A stretch of DNA of 64,000 nt. Origin: a virus. The stretch lies in the IMG/VR virus record IMGVR_UViG_3300008261_000027, positions 1 to 64,000 of that record. One strand, written 5' to 3'. Below the pieces are notes generated by a model, which was not told the DNA's origin, made no database searches, and saw only the letters and a program-made list of their open reading frames with translations. Shown here one piece after another: positions 1 through 9,611 of this stretch. Made by a program: the position numbers and the translations under genes. Each line of letters opens with the position of its first letter. The stretch's first letter is position 1.

Positions 1-34
1 ATAATAATATTAAACAAAATGTTTGAATTGTGCT

Positions 35-682
35 CTAGTTTCTTTTTTTGGCTTTGATTTTCCAAAACACCCCACCTTCCATGTATGGATGGAATGTACC
101 ATTAATATCACTGGTTAATCTATTTGCGGCACCAATTGTAAATTTATATATTTTATCCTCTTTTGTCTTAAGTAATAACCCAGCACCAACATTTGAAATA
201 AAATCTGGTTTAGACACACCCCCAACAACGCCAAAATAAAGTTGAGTTTTCTTTGGCTCAGGCAATAAAATGGTATCCTTTTGGACTTTAGGGGTTATTT
301 TAGCATTAAACTCTGTTGACACTACTTTGTTCTCGGTAATAGTTTGACTCAAGCTTATAACACCTTGATTATTAGGTAGTTTTAATTCTTCTTTTGAAAT
401 ATTTTTTGTGTAAAAATCTTTTAATATCGCCATAGTATCCACCGGGGTTAATATGGTATCATGAACCGTATATGGTACTTCAACTTCTACGGGTACTTCA
501 ACCTCAACCTCGACTTCAAAAGGTATTGTATCGTGCTGTGGATATGGTATAGAATCAACCACATAGACAGGAACGTTTGTTACTCTATTGGGTATTATTC
601 CCCATGGATTTAATACTGATAATATTAATAATAAAACTAGTACTAATAGGGCAATATTGGGTGGGGTGATGTGTTTTTTCAT
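35..682 (-). CDS. Membrane-anchored protein with C-terminal amphipathic beta-strands; possible lysis/spanin-like component
   Basis: N-terminal TM (IALLVLVLLLILSVL), VEVEV repeats, Gly/aromatic strands ending GGVFWKI. Confidence 0.45.
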   Translation of the reverse strand: MKKHITPPNIALLVLVLLLILSVLNPWGIIPNRVTNVPVYVVDSIPYPQHDTIPFEVEVEVEVPVEVEVPYTVHDTILTPVDTMAILKDFYTKNISKEELKLPNNQGVISLSQTITENKVVSTEFNAKITPKVQKDTILLPEPKKTQLYFGVVGGVSKPDFISNVGAGLLLKTKEDKIYKFTIGAANRLTSDINGTFHPYMEGGVFWKIKAKKRN

Positions 683-1111
683 TTATTTAACAAGTAATAC
701 TGATGTGGCAAGTAGCCCAACAAATGTTCCAACTTTATATAAAAAGGTTTTAGTTCTTTGTCCCTTTAATTCTTTATATAACTTTTCAGATTTTTCTCTT
801 TCTAAAGAAAATTGCTCATCTTTTTTAGAAATGATTACCTCCAAGTTTGATATTTTTTGATCTTTTAAAAGGTCTTTTTCTTTAAACAATCTGATTTGTT
901 CGTCTTTTAATCCAATCACTTTGTTTAATTCTTTAACCTCGACAATGGCACCATCACCCCTGATCAAATCTTTTATGACTAATTTAGCGATTTGGGTTTT
1001 GAGGGGTACTATTGTGTCCTGCACTACTGTCTTCTCTTGCGTCATAACGGTCTGAGAAAAACTTAGCGAGGTCACTAAAAGTAAACTCATTAACAGCATC
1101 AATTTTTTCAT
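683..1111 (-). CDS. Secreted coiled-coil protein with C-terminal TM; possible spanin-like component
   Basis: Sec signal MKKLMLLMSLLLVTSLSFS|Q (Gln at +1), coiled coil, C-terminal hydrophobic segment; overlaps upstream gene. Confidence 0.45.
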   Translation of the reverse strand: MKKLMLLMSLLLVTSLSFSQTVMTQEKTVVQDTIVPLKTQIAKLVIKDLIRGDGAIVEVKELNKVIGLKDEQIRLFKEKDLLKDQKISNLEVIISKKDEQFSLEREKSEKLYKELKGQRTKTFLYKVGTFVGLLATSVLLVK

Positions 1112-1385
1112 TTGTTTGATTTTTAATAATTGTTATGTTTTTTGTTACTCTACCAATATCGCCATCAACTTTATCAATTTCTGTGTCGATATTTGCGATC
1201 TGTATGTTTAACTGTTTATTTAAAACCTGTACAGAATCGATTTCTTTTTGTATTAAATCAATTTTTTTGTTATATGCTGATACATCGGTTTTTATACCTT
1301 TGGTTTGCAAAATATTGTATGCAGCCATAATACCAATTATAATGATTAATATGTTCGTTTTATTATTACTTGTTTGAAGTTTCAT
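984..1385 (-). CDS. i-spanin-like protein (N-terminal TM plus coiled coil)
   Basis: Likely start MKLQ at 1385 after a TATTTATA motif; TM ILIIIIGIMAAY; heptad-rich remainder. Confidence 0.45.
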   Translation of the reverse strand: MKLQTSNNKTNILIIIIGIMAAYNILQTKGIKTDVSAYNKKIDLIQKEIDSVQVLNKQLNIQIANIDTEIDKVDGDIGRVTKNITIIKNQTNEKIDAVNEFTFSDLAKFFSDRYDAREDSSAGHNSTPQNPNR

Positions 1386-1411
1386 AAAATTGGTTTTCCT
1401 ATAAATATCAA

Positions 1412-1432
1412 GAGGTCGCAAAATGCGACCTC
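1412..1432 (-). terminator. Hairpin after the 267-aa gene
   Basis: Perfect 9-bp stem GAGGTCGCA/TGCGACCTC, weak U-tract. Confidence 0.5.
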
Positions 1433-1458
1433 AAGACAAGACCTTGTGATTAGTTTAT

Positions 1459-2262
1459 TTAGTATTTTGTTCCGCAGTGTGGACAGAACTTATGATTATC
1501 TTTTTTACGTTTTGCGCCACACTCTGTGCAATAAACGGCTAAATCCTCAGCAACTAATGGCTTAGTAGACTGTGGTTTTAATTTCCACCAATTTGTATGA
1601 AATGGGTGGGTATAAAATGACGAACTATCATATGTAAATGATTGATCCGAACTTGATCCCTTTTCAACCCTACCTGTCTCAACACTTCTTATTGTGTTTG
1701 TTGAATTTGATTTAAGAAGGGTGTTAGAAGTGCTGAACGTTCCACTTGTTAATGACGTATTATAAAATGTATTTACGTTGTTAGTAGACGTCGTTGTGAA
1801 CATATTTCCATAATAAGGTGTACCTGTTGTTGTAGTCCAGCCTATATTTGGGTTATTAATTGTTAACGTGCTACTACCTGATCCGTATGTTCCATAGGTT
1901 GGTGTTGTTTCGTTGTAAAATTTAACGGTAACATCACCATTTTCAGCGATAGCTCTTTGTACTTCCTCATTATTCCCATTTACATTATATGTTTCAAACA
2001 AAAACTTTTTGGCTTCATTCAAATATCTTTCTAAGAATACTCTTTCACCTGGGCGAAGAATAATACCAGACCCTATTGAATTACCATTCAATTCGATTTT
2101 TGCTAAAACTTTATTTTGTGTGGGATTGTAAAGCTCGATTTCGAACTCATCACCGTTGTTAAGATATACGGTGTCTATGTGCTGTTTTAATCTTTGTTTA
2201 CCTTTGGTAATGAAAGATTGTGGTACAGCAAGACCAGTGTTAACTGAAATTCTTCTGTTCAT
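1459..2262 (-). CDS. Hypothetical protein with C-terminal zinc ribbon
   Basis: CTECG...CPHCG at C-terminus, beta-rich N-terminal domain, S/T-rich linker. Confidence 0.7.
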   Translation of the reverse strand: MNRRISVNTGLAVPQSFITKGKQRLKQHIDTVYLNNGDEFEIELYNPTQNKVLAKIELNGNSIGSGIILRPGERVFLERYLNEAKKFLFETYNVNGNNEEVQRAIAENGDVTVKFYNETTPTYGTYGSGSSTLTINNPNIGWTTTTGTPYYGNMFTTTSTNNVNTFYNTSLTSGTFSTSNTLLKSNSTNTIRSVETGRVEKGSSSDQSFTYDSSSFYTHPFHTNWWKLKPQSTKPLVAEDLAVYCTECGAKRKKDNHKFCPHCGTKY

Positions 2263-2282
2263 TTTCCTTATATTTTTTTGTA

Positions 2283-2356
2283 TTTGAACCCGAATTCGTT
2301 GGTATCAATTCCAACTCAAATGCCACAAGGACACTTCCGATTCAACCACAAGGTCT
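2283..2356 (-). ncRNA. Candidate structured 5' leader (three-way junction)
   Basis: P1 TTGAATCGGAA/TTCGGGTTCAA encloses GTGTC/GGCAT and GTTGG/CCAAC hairpins; 5' end complementary to the gene's 3' UTR. Confidence 0.4.
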
Positions 2357-2379
2357 AATAATAAGTATAAGGAAAAGAT

Positions 2380-2407
2380 AAAAAAAAGGGAAGTCAAAAA
2401 CTTCCCT
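2380..2407 (-). terminator. Intrinsic terminator after clpP
   Basis: Stem AGGGAAG/CTTCCCT followed by U-run on minus strand. Confidence 0.75.
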
Positions 2408-2431
2408 CTTTAAATCTAAAAAAAGCAAAAA

Positions 2432-3106
2432 TTATTTTTTCTTTTTGACAATCTCGTCAATAATACCGTATTCTAATGCATCTTCAGCAGATAGCCATAA
2501 ATCTCTAGACGCATCTTGCATAACTTGTTTAGCATCTTTACCACAATAGCCGCCCAATAATTCGAAAAGTAAATTATTGAGTTTTTCCCACTCAATCATA
2601 TCAATTTTTGCATCTTGGATATTCCCGCGAAATCCACCACTAGATTGATGCAACATTGTGCGTGAAAATCTGAGTGAACCTCTCTTACCTTTTGTACCTG
2701 CACCCAAAAGAATCGAGCCCATAGAGGCAGCCATTCCGGTGTTGATTGTTCTAATATCTGAATTAATGTATTCCATAACATCAACCATAGATAACCCAGA
2801 TTTGACAGAGCCACCTGGACTGTCAATATGCATCGTAATATCATTATTATCTAAACTATCCAAGAACATTAATTGCGCTTGAACTATTGTCGACATGTGG
2901 TCATTTACTTCACCAGCTACCCAAATAATTCTTTCCATCATTAATCTAGAAAAAACATCCATAGCAGTAACATTTAACTGTCTTTCCTCTAAAATATATG
3001 GTGTTAAGCTACTTTCAATATTTTTATTAAAATAATGTAAGTTTGATGAGCTGATGCCACGATCTTTTGCGTAAAGATCAAAACTTCTTAAATCCTTCTG
3101 GGTCAT
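2432..3106 (-). CDS. clpP: ATP-dependent Clp protease proteolytic subunit
   Basis: DVFSRLMMERII, IDSPGGSV, GMAASMG (Ser), MLHQ (His), RDLWLSAEDALEYGIID. Confidence 0.95.
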   Translation of the reverse strand: MTQKDLRSFDLYAKDRGISSSNLHYFNKNIESSLTPYILEERQLNVTAMDVFSRLMMERIIWVAGEVNDHMSTIVQAQLMFLDSLDNNDITMHIDSPGGSVKSGLSMVDVMEYINSDIRTINTGMAASMGSILLGAGTKGKRGSLRFSRTMLHQSSGGFRGNIQDAKIDMIEWEKLNNLLFELLGGYCGKDAKQVMQDASRDLWLSAEDALEYGIIDEIVKKKK

Positions 3107-3126
3107 ATTATTTGTTTTATCTATAA

Positions 3127-3134
3127 CAAATATA
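3127..3134 (-). promoter_or_regulatory. Bacteroidota-type -7 promoter box TATATTTG
   Basis: Matches TAnnTTTG, 20 nt upstream of clpP start. Confidence 0.5.
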
Positions 3135-3158
3135 GCTAAAATATTTTAATAAAAAAAA

Positions 3159-5492
3159 TTAACTAATACCTGTTGTGATGTAGTCAATTGAAGATACATT
3201 ATCTTCTTTTTTAATCATTATGATATTATCAGACCAATTCCTGATTAACGGATTGTGTGAAATGACAAGAATATGTTCAAAGTAATTCTTAATCTTTTTG
3301 AAGAATTCACCAACCATTTCTAAATTCTCATCAGCAATTTTACCAAACACCTCATCCATAACAACAATATTTGGTTTTGGTAATGAAGATATCTTAGTTA
3401 AAACAGATCTTAATGCTAAAGATGATATGGTTCTTTCGTAACCTGAACCAGCGGTGAGCGGTTTGACAACCCTGGTATCCGAATCAATCATAATAAACTC
3501 AACTTCATTTTTTTCATTAATGTTTAATTCCAAAATAAAATAACAACTATCAATAAGCAAACGATGTAGTTCCTGATTAATCAGAGGTATCATATTTTTA
3601 AGGATGGTTTTTGATATACCGTTCTTACCATATACCGAAAGATAAATCTTAAATACTGCCTGCAATTCTTCTTCTGCTTTGATTTTCTTAATAAGGTCTT
3701 TATTAATCCCGATCTTTTCTTGCATTGAAGTAATGTTATTCTTATTTCTTTCAATCAATGTGTTTGATACTCTAATATCACCATTAACTGTCTCAATTCT
3801 GGTTCTGAGGGTTATTAGTTCGGCATCAATCTTTTGATTTTCTTCTAGTTTTTTTCTACTATTTTCATAGCGGGTTATCTTATCCTTAATTTGATTTATT
3901 TCAAATTGTTTCTGTTCAGACTCTAATATAAATCTTTCTTTACGAAGTTTATTTCTTTCGTAAGTCTCAAACTCTGTTTTTAATAAATCAAAAGTATTTG
4001 ATTCATTTTTTAACTGATCAAATTTTTCTTGATTAGAGATCATCTCTTTAGTTATGTCTTCGATAAGCTTTTTTAGCTCATCAATTTCATCACTATGATC
4101 CACATCATCTAACGCTCTTTTACAAGTTGGACAAATGGTACCATCGGTTAGTTGTTTAAGCAATTTTTCTTTATCACTTTTCTCATACTTGTAGACGGCA
4201 TCTAACCCTTGTATTTCTGACATTTTACTTCTAAGTTCTTTATGTTCAGCTTCATCATAATATTTTGATGGCTCAACAACAACAACCGCATTTGCATTTA
4301 AATTAGCAGCATTTTTTTTCTGCTCCAACTCATCAATATCTTTTTGTAATGAGTCTGGATTAATTTTAATTAGCTCTTGATCAATATCGTTACTTCTAAG
4401 ACCTAAGATCAAATCTCTACGATCTTCTAATGATTTAAGTTTACTACCATATTCAACCAATAAGGTTTCATTTTGACTTATTTGGTTATTTGAATCTGTG
4501 ATACTTTCTTTAAAATTTTCAATATCAGATTCTAATTGAACGACATTATATGTATTCCCAACTAACTTCTTAGACCAATCATTGAATATCTCTTTTGCTA
4601 TTTCTTCCTTCTGCTTAAGACTTTCTAATCCTAAAAATTTAGTAAGAATTTGTCCTCTTGCGGTTGGTTTGGATTCGATCAATTCTTCTAGATTATACCC
4701 AGTAGTCAATATGGTTGATAAGAAATCTTCTTCCGATCCAATAGCAGATGCAATAAACGTTTCGGTTTCGCGTCTTTGTTCACCGGTTAAGTTTTCTAAT
4801 GTTCCATCACCGTTATCTTTATAAAACTCTAAATCACTTTTAACATTATATTCGCCCGATTTAGATTTCTTTCTAGTAAGAGTTCTGGCAATAACATAAT
4901 CTTCGCCATCAATTGTTAGATATCCCTTTACTAAAACAGTATCATCTTCAGTAAACTTGTTAAAAATTTCAATATTGGTTTTTGTTTTTGTTGTTGAATT
5001 AAAAAACAAAAACATTAATAAATCTACGGATGAAGTTGATTTACCACCAAAATTTCTTGGTGTTGATTCGATAACTGTTATGCCATCTAATTCAGTAAAA
5101 TTAATTGTATTATCCTTACCAAATGAAAGGAAATTTGAAAACTCAACTTTTTTTATAAACCATTTATTATATCTAACGGTATTCTGTTTTATCTTATCAA
5201 TTTCAGAATTAACTCTGTTATCCAAACGATCAATCATTTCCCAAGAAACATCAACTTTATTCTCTGAAAGAAAATCTTTCATTAATGTTTTTTGATATTG
5301 TGGATCTAGAATGTTATCGGTAACTTCTAATGTCTTTAATCTGGTGTCTTTTGCACCAGATAATGTTTTAGTAATTACTTGTACATTAGTTGCATTGTAT
5401 TTCTTTTGGAAATACGCTTTAACTCTTTTAATTCTTTCTGGAGTAAAGTTTTCTACAACATCCTCCCACTCAACCTTAATAAATGGATTCAT
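3159..5492 (-). CDS. SbcC/Rad50-like ATPase (T4 gp46-like)
   Basis: FSNFLSFG, Walker A NFGGKST, coiled coils with CPTC zinc hook, signature SGYE, Walker B VVMDE, ISH. Confidence 0.9.
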   Translation of the reverse strand: MNPFIKVEWEDVVENFTPERIKRVKAYFQKKYNATNVQVITKTLSGAKDTRLKTLEVTDNILDPQYQKTLMKDFLSENKVDVSWEMIDRLDNRVNSEIDKIKQNTVRYNKWFIKKVEFSNFLSFGKDNTINFTELDGITVIESTPRNFGGKSTSSVDLLMFLFFNSTTKTKTNIEIFNKFTEDDTVLVKGYLTIDGEDYVIARTLTRKKSKSGEYNVKSDLEFYKDNGDGTLENLTGEQRRETETFIASAIGSEEDFLSTILTTGYNLEELIESKPTARGQILTKFLGLESLKQKEEIAKEIFNDWSKKLVGNTYNVVQLESDIENFKESITDSNNQISQNETLLVEYGSKLKSLEDRRDLILGLRSNDIDQELIKINPDSLQKDIDELEQKKNAANLNANAVVVVEPSKYYDEAEHKELRSKMSEIQGLDAVYKYEKSDKEKLLKQLTDGTICPTCKRALDDVDHSDEIDELKKLIEDITKEMISNQEKFDQLKNESNTFDLLKTEFETYERNKLRKERFILESEQKQFEINQIKDKITRYENSRKKLEENQKIDAELITLRTRIETVNGDIRVSNTLIERNKNNITSMQEKIGINKDLIKKIKAEEELQAVFKIYLSVYGKNGISKTILKNMIPLINQELHRLLIDSCYFILELNINEKNEVEFIMIDSDTRVVKPLTAGSGYERTISSLALRSVLTKISSLPKPNIVVMDEVFGKIADENLEMVGEFFKKIKNYFEHILVISHNPLIRNWSDNIIMIKKEDNVSSIDYITTGIS

Positions 5493-5496
5493 ATTT

Positions 5497-5808
5497 TTAT
5501 TTTAATCTACTTTCCTCAAAAAATTCAATAATTGCATTTACCGCCCAAACAGCACCACAAGTAAACATTCCGTCAAAGAATATACCTACGAACCAATGAA
5601 CATTTAAAAACTTGATTGTTAAACCACCTAATGCTAGTGACATAAAAAATCCCACCCATGTTGATGTACACATTATACAGCCAATTAAATCACCAAAGAA
5701 CTTGGAATTTCTTTTTATCCAGGTTCTTGCTGTTTCGAAAATTGACCCATAAACCAAAATTGTTGACATTCCATATCCAATGAATGTCCATAAAATTAAT
5801 AAATCCAT
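5497..5808 (-). CDS. Small membrane protein, DUF1360-like
   Basis: Three hydrophobic segments with LIGCIMCTSTWVG (CxxC...W). Confidence 0.6.
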   Translation of the reverse strand: MDLLILWTFIGYGMSTILVYGSIFETARTWIKRNSKFFGDLIGCIMCTSTWVGFFMSLALGGLTIKFLNVHWFVGIFFDGMFTCGAVWAVNAIIEFFEESRLK

Positions 5809-5820
5809 AAACTTGTTTTT

Positions 5821-6324
5821 TTATTCATCATATAAATTATTAAGATCACTACTCTTAAGATATTTTGCTTTATTTATTTTCTCAAGAGTATTTGTGATTT
5901 TTTCTAACTCTATTGTTAGCTTTTTATTTTCGGATTGTAAATCCTCAAGCATTTTTTCTTTTTTATTATCCCACATCGGCTTTTCAACTGAAATCTCTTT
6001 TATAACTTCTTTTGTTACTATTTGAGTTTCGCCTTTAACCTCTATTGGCACTTCTTTGATTATCTCAACAATCTTCTCTACCGGCACTTCTTTAATCACT
6101 TCAACAATCTTTTCAACAGGAACTTCTTTGATTATCTCTTTTATAACTTCTTTTTCGATAACAGTTTCTTTCCCTTTAACCATTGATGGGGTCTCACCAT
6201 ACTTTTCTATGGTAAATCCTCTTTGAAATACTTTTTTTGCCAAAGATTCAACATCTTTAATATTGTTTATCTCACAATATTTTACAAAGTCATCATCCAG
6301 CGTTAACAAGTGTTTCTTTTTCAT
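5821..6324 (-). CDS. Hypothetical protein with KEVPVEKIVEVI repeats
   Basis: Tandem V/I-E-K repeats, coiled coil, C-terminal LYDE. Confidence 0.6.
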   Translation of the reverse strand: MKKKHLLTLDDDFVKYCEINNIKDVESLAKKVFQRGFTIEKYGETPSMVKGKETVIEKEVIKEIIKEVPVEKIVEVIKEVPVEKIVEIIKEVPIEVKGETQIVTKEVIKEISVEKPMWDNKKEKMLEDLQSENKKLTIELEKITNTLEKINKAKYLKSSDLNNLYDE

Positions 6325-7111
6325 CTTCGATGTCTTTTATATCGTTTATCCTGAAGTGCATAAATGGTTGTTCATTTTCCAAATCAAAGAATTTATAATT
6401 ATTTGTTTTCACATCATAAACACCGTAACCATGATGCTTAACTGTTTCTCCAAAATTCTGTTGAATAATAGACCCAACCATTACCGCATTACCACCACCA
6501 GGTAGAATAAATGTTTGTCTTTTATGGATGTCACCACAAAGAAGTAAATCTAAGCCAACAAAGTTTAATCTGTCATAACCATCTTCAAATTTAAATCCTA
6601 AATCTGTAGACATTCCTTGAATCGGACCATGAAACAATCCAACTCTAAACCTATCATCTTCTTTTTTAAAATCAGGTCTCGCATTATGCTGATATAGCGA
6701 ATAGACAACCCAATCAACATTATCGTCAACATAAACACCAGAATCTTTATAATAAACAATATTTTTATTGTCTAATAATTCAACAACTGGTGTTATACTA
6801 TCTAATCTTTGTGTATTGTTTTCTAGAAAATCGTGGTTGCCTGGGATAATAACAACTTTACCATAACTACTTAATTTATTCAATAGCCAAGCTGTTAACA
6901 ATAATTGCTCGTTTGATATGTTAATTTTTTGATGTGCAATATCTCCAGCAATAACAATACGAATTTCATCCCAATGAACACCTTCTGATGTCCATACTAC
7001 TGAATGCTCATGAATTTCCTCTAACAATTTATCAAATTGTTTTTTGTACAATTCGTGTAATTGAATTGTTCTTATGTGTAGATCAGCAATATGTACAATT
7101 TTTTTAATCAT
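6293..7111 (-). CDS. SbcD/Mre11-like nuclease (T4 gp47-like)
   Basis: HIADLH, AGDI, PGNHD, GDIH metallophosphoesterase motifs; near the SbcC-like gene. Confidence 0.9.
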   Translation of the reverse strand: MIKKIVHIADLHIRTIQLHELYKKQFDKLLEEIHEHSVVWTSEGVHWDEIRIVIAGDIAHQKINISNEQLLLTAWLLNKLSSYGKVVIIPGNHDFLENNTQRLDSITPVVELLDNKNIVYYKDSGVYVDDNVDWVVYSLYQHNARPDFKKEDDRFRVGLFHGPIQGMSTDLGFKFEDGYDRLNFVGLDLLLCGDIHKRQTFILPGGGNAVMVGSIIQQNFGETVKHHGYGVYDVKTNNYKFFDLENEQPFMHFRINDIKDIEDEKETLVNAG

Positions 7112-7112
7112 C

Positions 7113-7874
7113 TTACTTGTAATTTAACATGGAAATAATTTCTTCTTTCATATCCTTACATTTAAAAACTTGGTAGTTATCGTTACCCTCAAACAACCAA
7201 ACAAAATATAAGTCACCAATTTTTAAGTTTGTATTTTTTTCAATTATGTACTTATACAAACTTGTTTGCAAACTATATGTGTTAAATTCACACTCATCCA
7301 AATGTGAAATCGGTTTTTTAAACTTATTACCATAATCACTTTTCATGTTAATGGCTTTATTGGTTTTCCAATCCCAAATTTGTATTTGATTAGATTTTTT
7401 ATTCCAAAATAATTGATCGATCATACCACAAATACCTAACTCTTCGTCACCAATAACAAATTCGCTTTTTAAAGGTACTAAATTTACTCTACTATCTTGA
7501 TAAAATTTGTCAAATAATTTTACGCATTTATCATAAGCTGGTTTAACAATGTCCTCACCAAATCTAGTTACTGCTGGAGCGTCGTCATATGGAAAAATTT
7601 TATTATTCCAGTGATTTTCAGCATAATCATGAACCGCACTACCCTTAATAGTACTATAATCACGCTTGTGATCCCATTCTGCTAAAACATTTTCTTTAAT
7701 TAAACCATGTTTATTAGCATATTTTTCTGCTTGCCCGTCACTATCAAATTTATTTTTAAATTTTCCAATGAAAGTGGTTGCAGATGTCATTAGTTTGTCA
7801 TTAATATAATAATGATGTGGCTCATCATGATACTTAATGTGGTCAAACTTGTTTAATTCTAGTAGTAATTCCAT
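7113..7874 (-). CDS. PD-(D/E)XK exonuclease
   Basis: SATTFI, GSAVH, E...GMID...IWDWKT, YSLQTSLY. Confidence 0.8.
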   Translation of the reverse strand: MELLLELNKFDHIKYHDEPHHYYINDKLMTSATTFIGKFKNKFDSDGQAEKYANKHGLIKENVLAEWDHKRDYSTIKGSAVHDYAENHWNNKIFPYDDAPAVTRFGEDIVKPAYDKCVKLFDKFYQDSRVNLVPLKSEFVIGDEELGICGMIDQLFWNKKSNQIQIWDWKTNKAINMKSDYGNKFKKPISHLDECEFNTYSLQTSLYKYIIEKNTNLKIGDLYFVWLFEGNDNYQVFKCKDMKEEIISMLNYK

Positions 7875-7875
7875 A

Positions 7876-8814
7876 TTAATCTAATTGTATTTTTTCTAAA
7901 TTGGTGAAATCGCCTTTTAAATCAGCAATATCCTTATCTTTTGGTAGTTTAACAATCCATGTTTTACCAAATAATTTACCTGTATTCAATTTATGAAATA
8001 AATTTTGTGCGTCTTCCCAGGCATCCCCATCCAAAACTATGGTTATTTTTTTAGCATTATCATACAAGGTAGAGTGTATGTGTTCGCTCATTACTTTACC
8101 TAGTAATGGTATTGAGTTTTCAACAAAAATGCTATCAAACGCCCCTTCAACAAGATAAACCTCTTTGTCCCAATCAATTAAACTTTCATTAAAAATGATT
8201 ATCTCTTTTTGAACTTCCGGATTCTTATATTTCATCTTGGTGTTATCAAAATAGGATCTGGCAACAAAATAATTTAATTCTTTTTCAGAATTGTACGATG
8301 GGATTATTATTCTACCACTATATGGCCCCTCATAAGCAAATCCGATATTATGTTTTTGACATATCTCTAGTGTTATATTCCTTTTTTTCAAGTAGTTAAA
8401 AGCCATTTTATAGTAATGTGTTAATTTTAACCCGGCACTCGCACTTGAAAACGCAACAAACTCTTTTGGTAAACCAAGAATTTTTTTATAATTTTTTGTT
8501 ATTTGTGTTTCTTCTGGCTTTAATAGTTCATAAATCGATATATGCCTTTTGCTTCCATATTTTTTTATCAGTTTATAAACACTTCCATGGGTATCGTGAG
8601 TTTCACCGCAAGACCAACACTTATAAACACCTAATTTATAGTTTACTTCTAGGTTTCCCTTACCATCACCTTCGTCTAAACCCTTTATTTCATGGGAACA
8701 AACAGGACAATCAAAGGAAATTTGTCCCTTTGCATCATTATGCAAATAGTAGTCACCTAAAATGTCTTCTAGGATCTCTACAATAGCGGAAGAATCTAAT
8801 TCTGTGGTGTTCAT
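7876..8814 (-). CDS. DNA primase (zinc finger plus TOPRIM)
   Basis: CPVC...CWSC, RIIIP, KYKNP, LVEGAFD, DGD; likely start MNTTE at 8814. Confidence 0.88.
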   Translation of the reverse strand: MNTTELDSSAIVEILEDILGDYYLHNDAKGQISFDCPVCSHEIKGLDEGDGKGNLEVNYKLGVYKCWSCGETHDTHGSVYKLIKKYGSKRHISIYELLKPEETQITKNYKKILGLPKEFVAFSSASAGLKLTHYYKMAFNYLKKRNITLEICQKHNIGFAYEGPYSGRIIIPSYNSEKELNYFVARSYFDNTKMKYKNPEVQKEIIIFNESLIDWDKEVYLVEGAFDSIFVENSIPLLGKVMSEHIHSTLYDNAKKITIVLDGDAWEDAQNLFHKLNTGKLFGKTWIVKLPKDKDIADLKGDFTNLEKIQLD

Positions 8815-8840
8815 AGTGAAATATAAATAAATTATTTGAT

Positions 8841-8877
8841 AAAAAAAAATCCCCCAGAGACACCACCCTCTGAGGGA
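8841..8877 (-). terminator. Intrinsic terminator between the ruvC-like gene and primase
   Basis: Stem CCCTCAGAG/CTCTGGGGG with G-U pair, followed by a long U-run. Confidence 0.7.
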
Positions 8878-8967
8878 ACCAACCAAATGTAATAAAAACT
8901 ATTACATTTCCGCCTTAAATTAAATATAAACAAATAAAAAATTATTTGGAAATATTTGTTGCCTTTT

Positions 8968-9570
8968 TTATTCGCCTTGTTTTATCATATTGATATAACC
9001 AATAACAGCTGTTGCTGCATCGGCCATATCATAATTTTCTTTTTTTAAATTTCCACCTTTTCCGTACAACCATTTTACTTCTGGGCATACAGCATTAACG
9101 TGCTCCCAAATAACATGCTTTTTGTCAATGTCTTTTGGATAGCCACCAAATAACACATGTTTATTTTTACCATTATCGCCAACCAAATCTGGGAACGCAT
9201 GTTTTCTAGCGTTATATGTTGAAATAAATGTTGGAACAATACCTAGGGTATCATATACTGATTTACACACCATGGTATTGTAACGCAAAAGAGTACCTAC
9301 AGTATACACATTATTTGAATTAAGTAATGGTTCTTCGATTATCACTTTAACAATACCTAACCCCACATATTCACTCAATTTTTTATTAAACGCATCTGCT
9401 TTCTTTATTAGTTCTTCTAATTTGTCCTCTGGTTGTGGTTTGATCTTAGGTGAGAAATGTGTTAATTCTAATAAATTTTTACCAGTTAAATCAAACAAAG
9501 CCCAACCTATGGTTTTTGTTGAAATGTCTAATCCAAGTATCTTGGACTTACTTTTAATTTTAGCATCCAT
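8968..9570 (-). CDS. RuvC-like Holliday junction resolvase
   Basis: ILGLDISTKTIGW, IIEEP, DMADA acidic motifs. Confidence 0.8.
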   Translation of the reverse strand: MDAKIKSKSKILGLDISTKTIGWALFDLTGKNLLELTHFSPKIKPQPEDKLEELIKKADAFNKKLSEYVGLGIVKVIIEEPLLNSNNVYTVGTLLRYNTMVCKSVYDTLGIVPTFISTYNARKHAFPDLVGDNGKNKHVLFGGYPKDIDKKHVIWEHVNAVCPEVKWLYGKGGNLKKENYDMADAATAVIGYINMIKQGE

Positions 9571-9611
9571 AGATTAATTATAAATCAAAAAAATAATAAT
9601 GTAAATAGAAA

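Noticed and set aside
2290-2325. Hammerhead-like GA-stem-GAA in the leader of the 267-aa gene
   Set aside because: The required CUGANGA core reads CAUUUGA and GAAA reads GAAU.
7113-7874. Cas4 assignment for the PD-(D/E)XK nuclease
   Set aside because: No four-Cys Fe-S cluster pattern and no CRISPR context.
8968-9570. TnpB/Cas12-like RuvC nuclease
   Set aside because: Only 200 aa, no zinc finger or REC/WED regions; fits a stand-alone resolvase.
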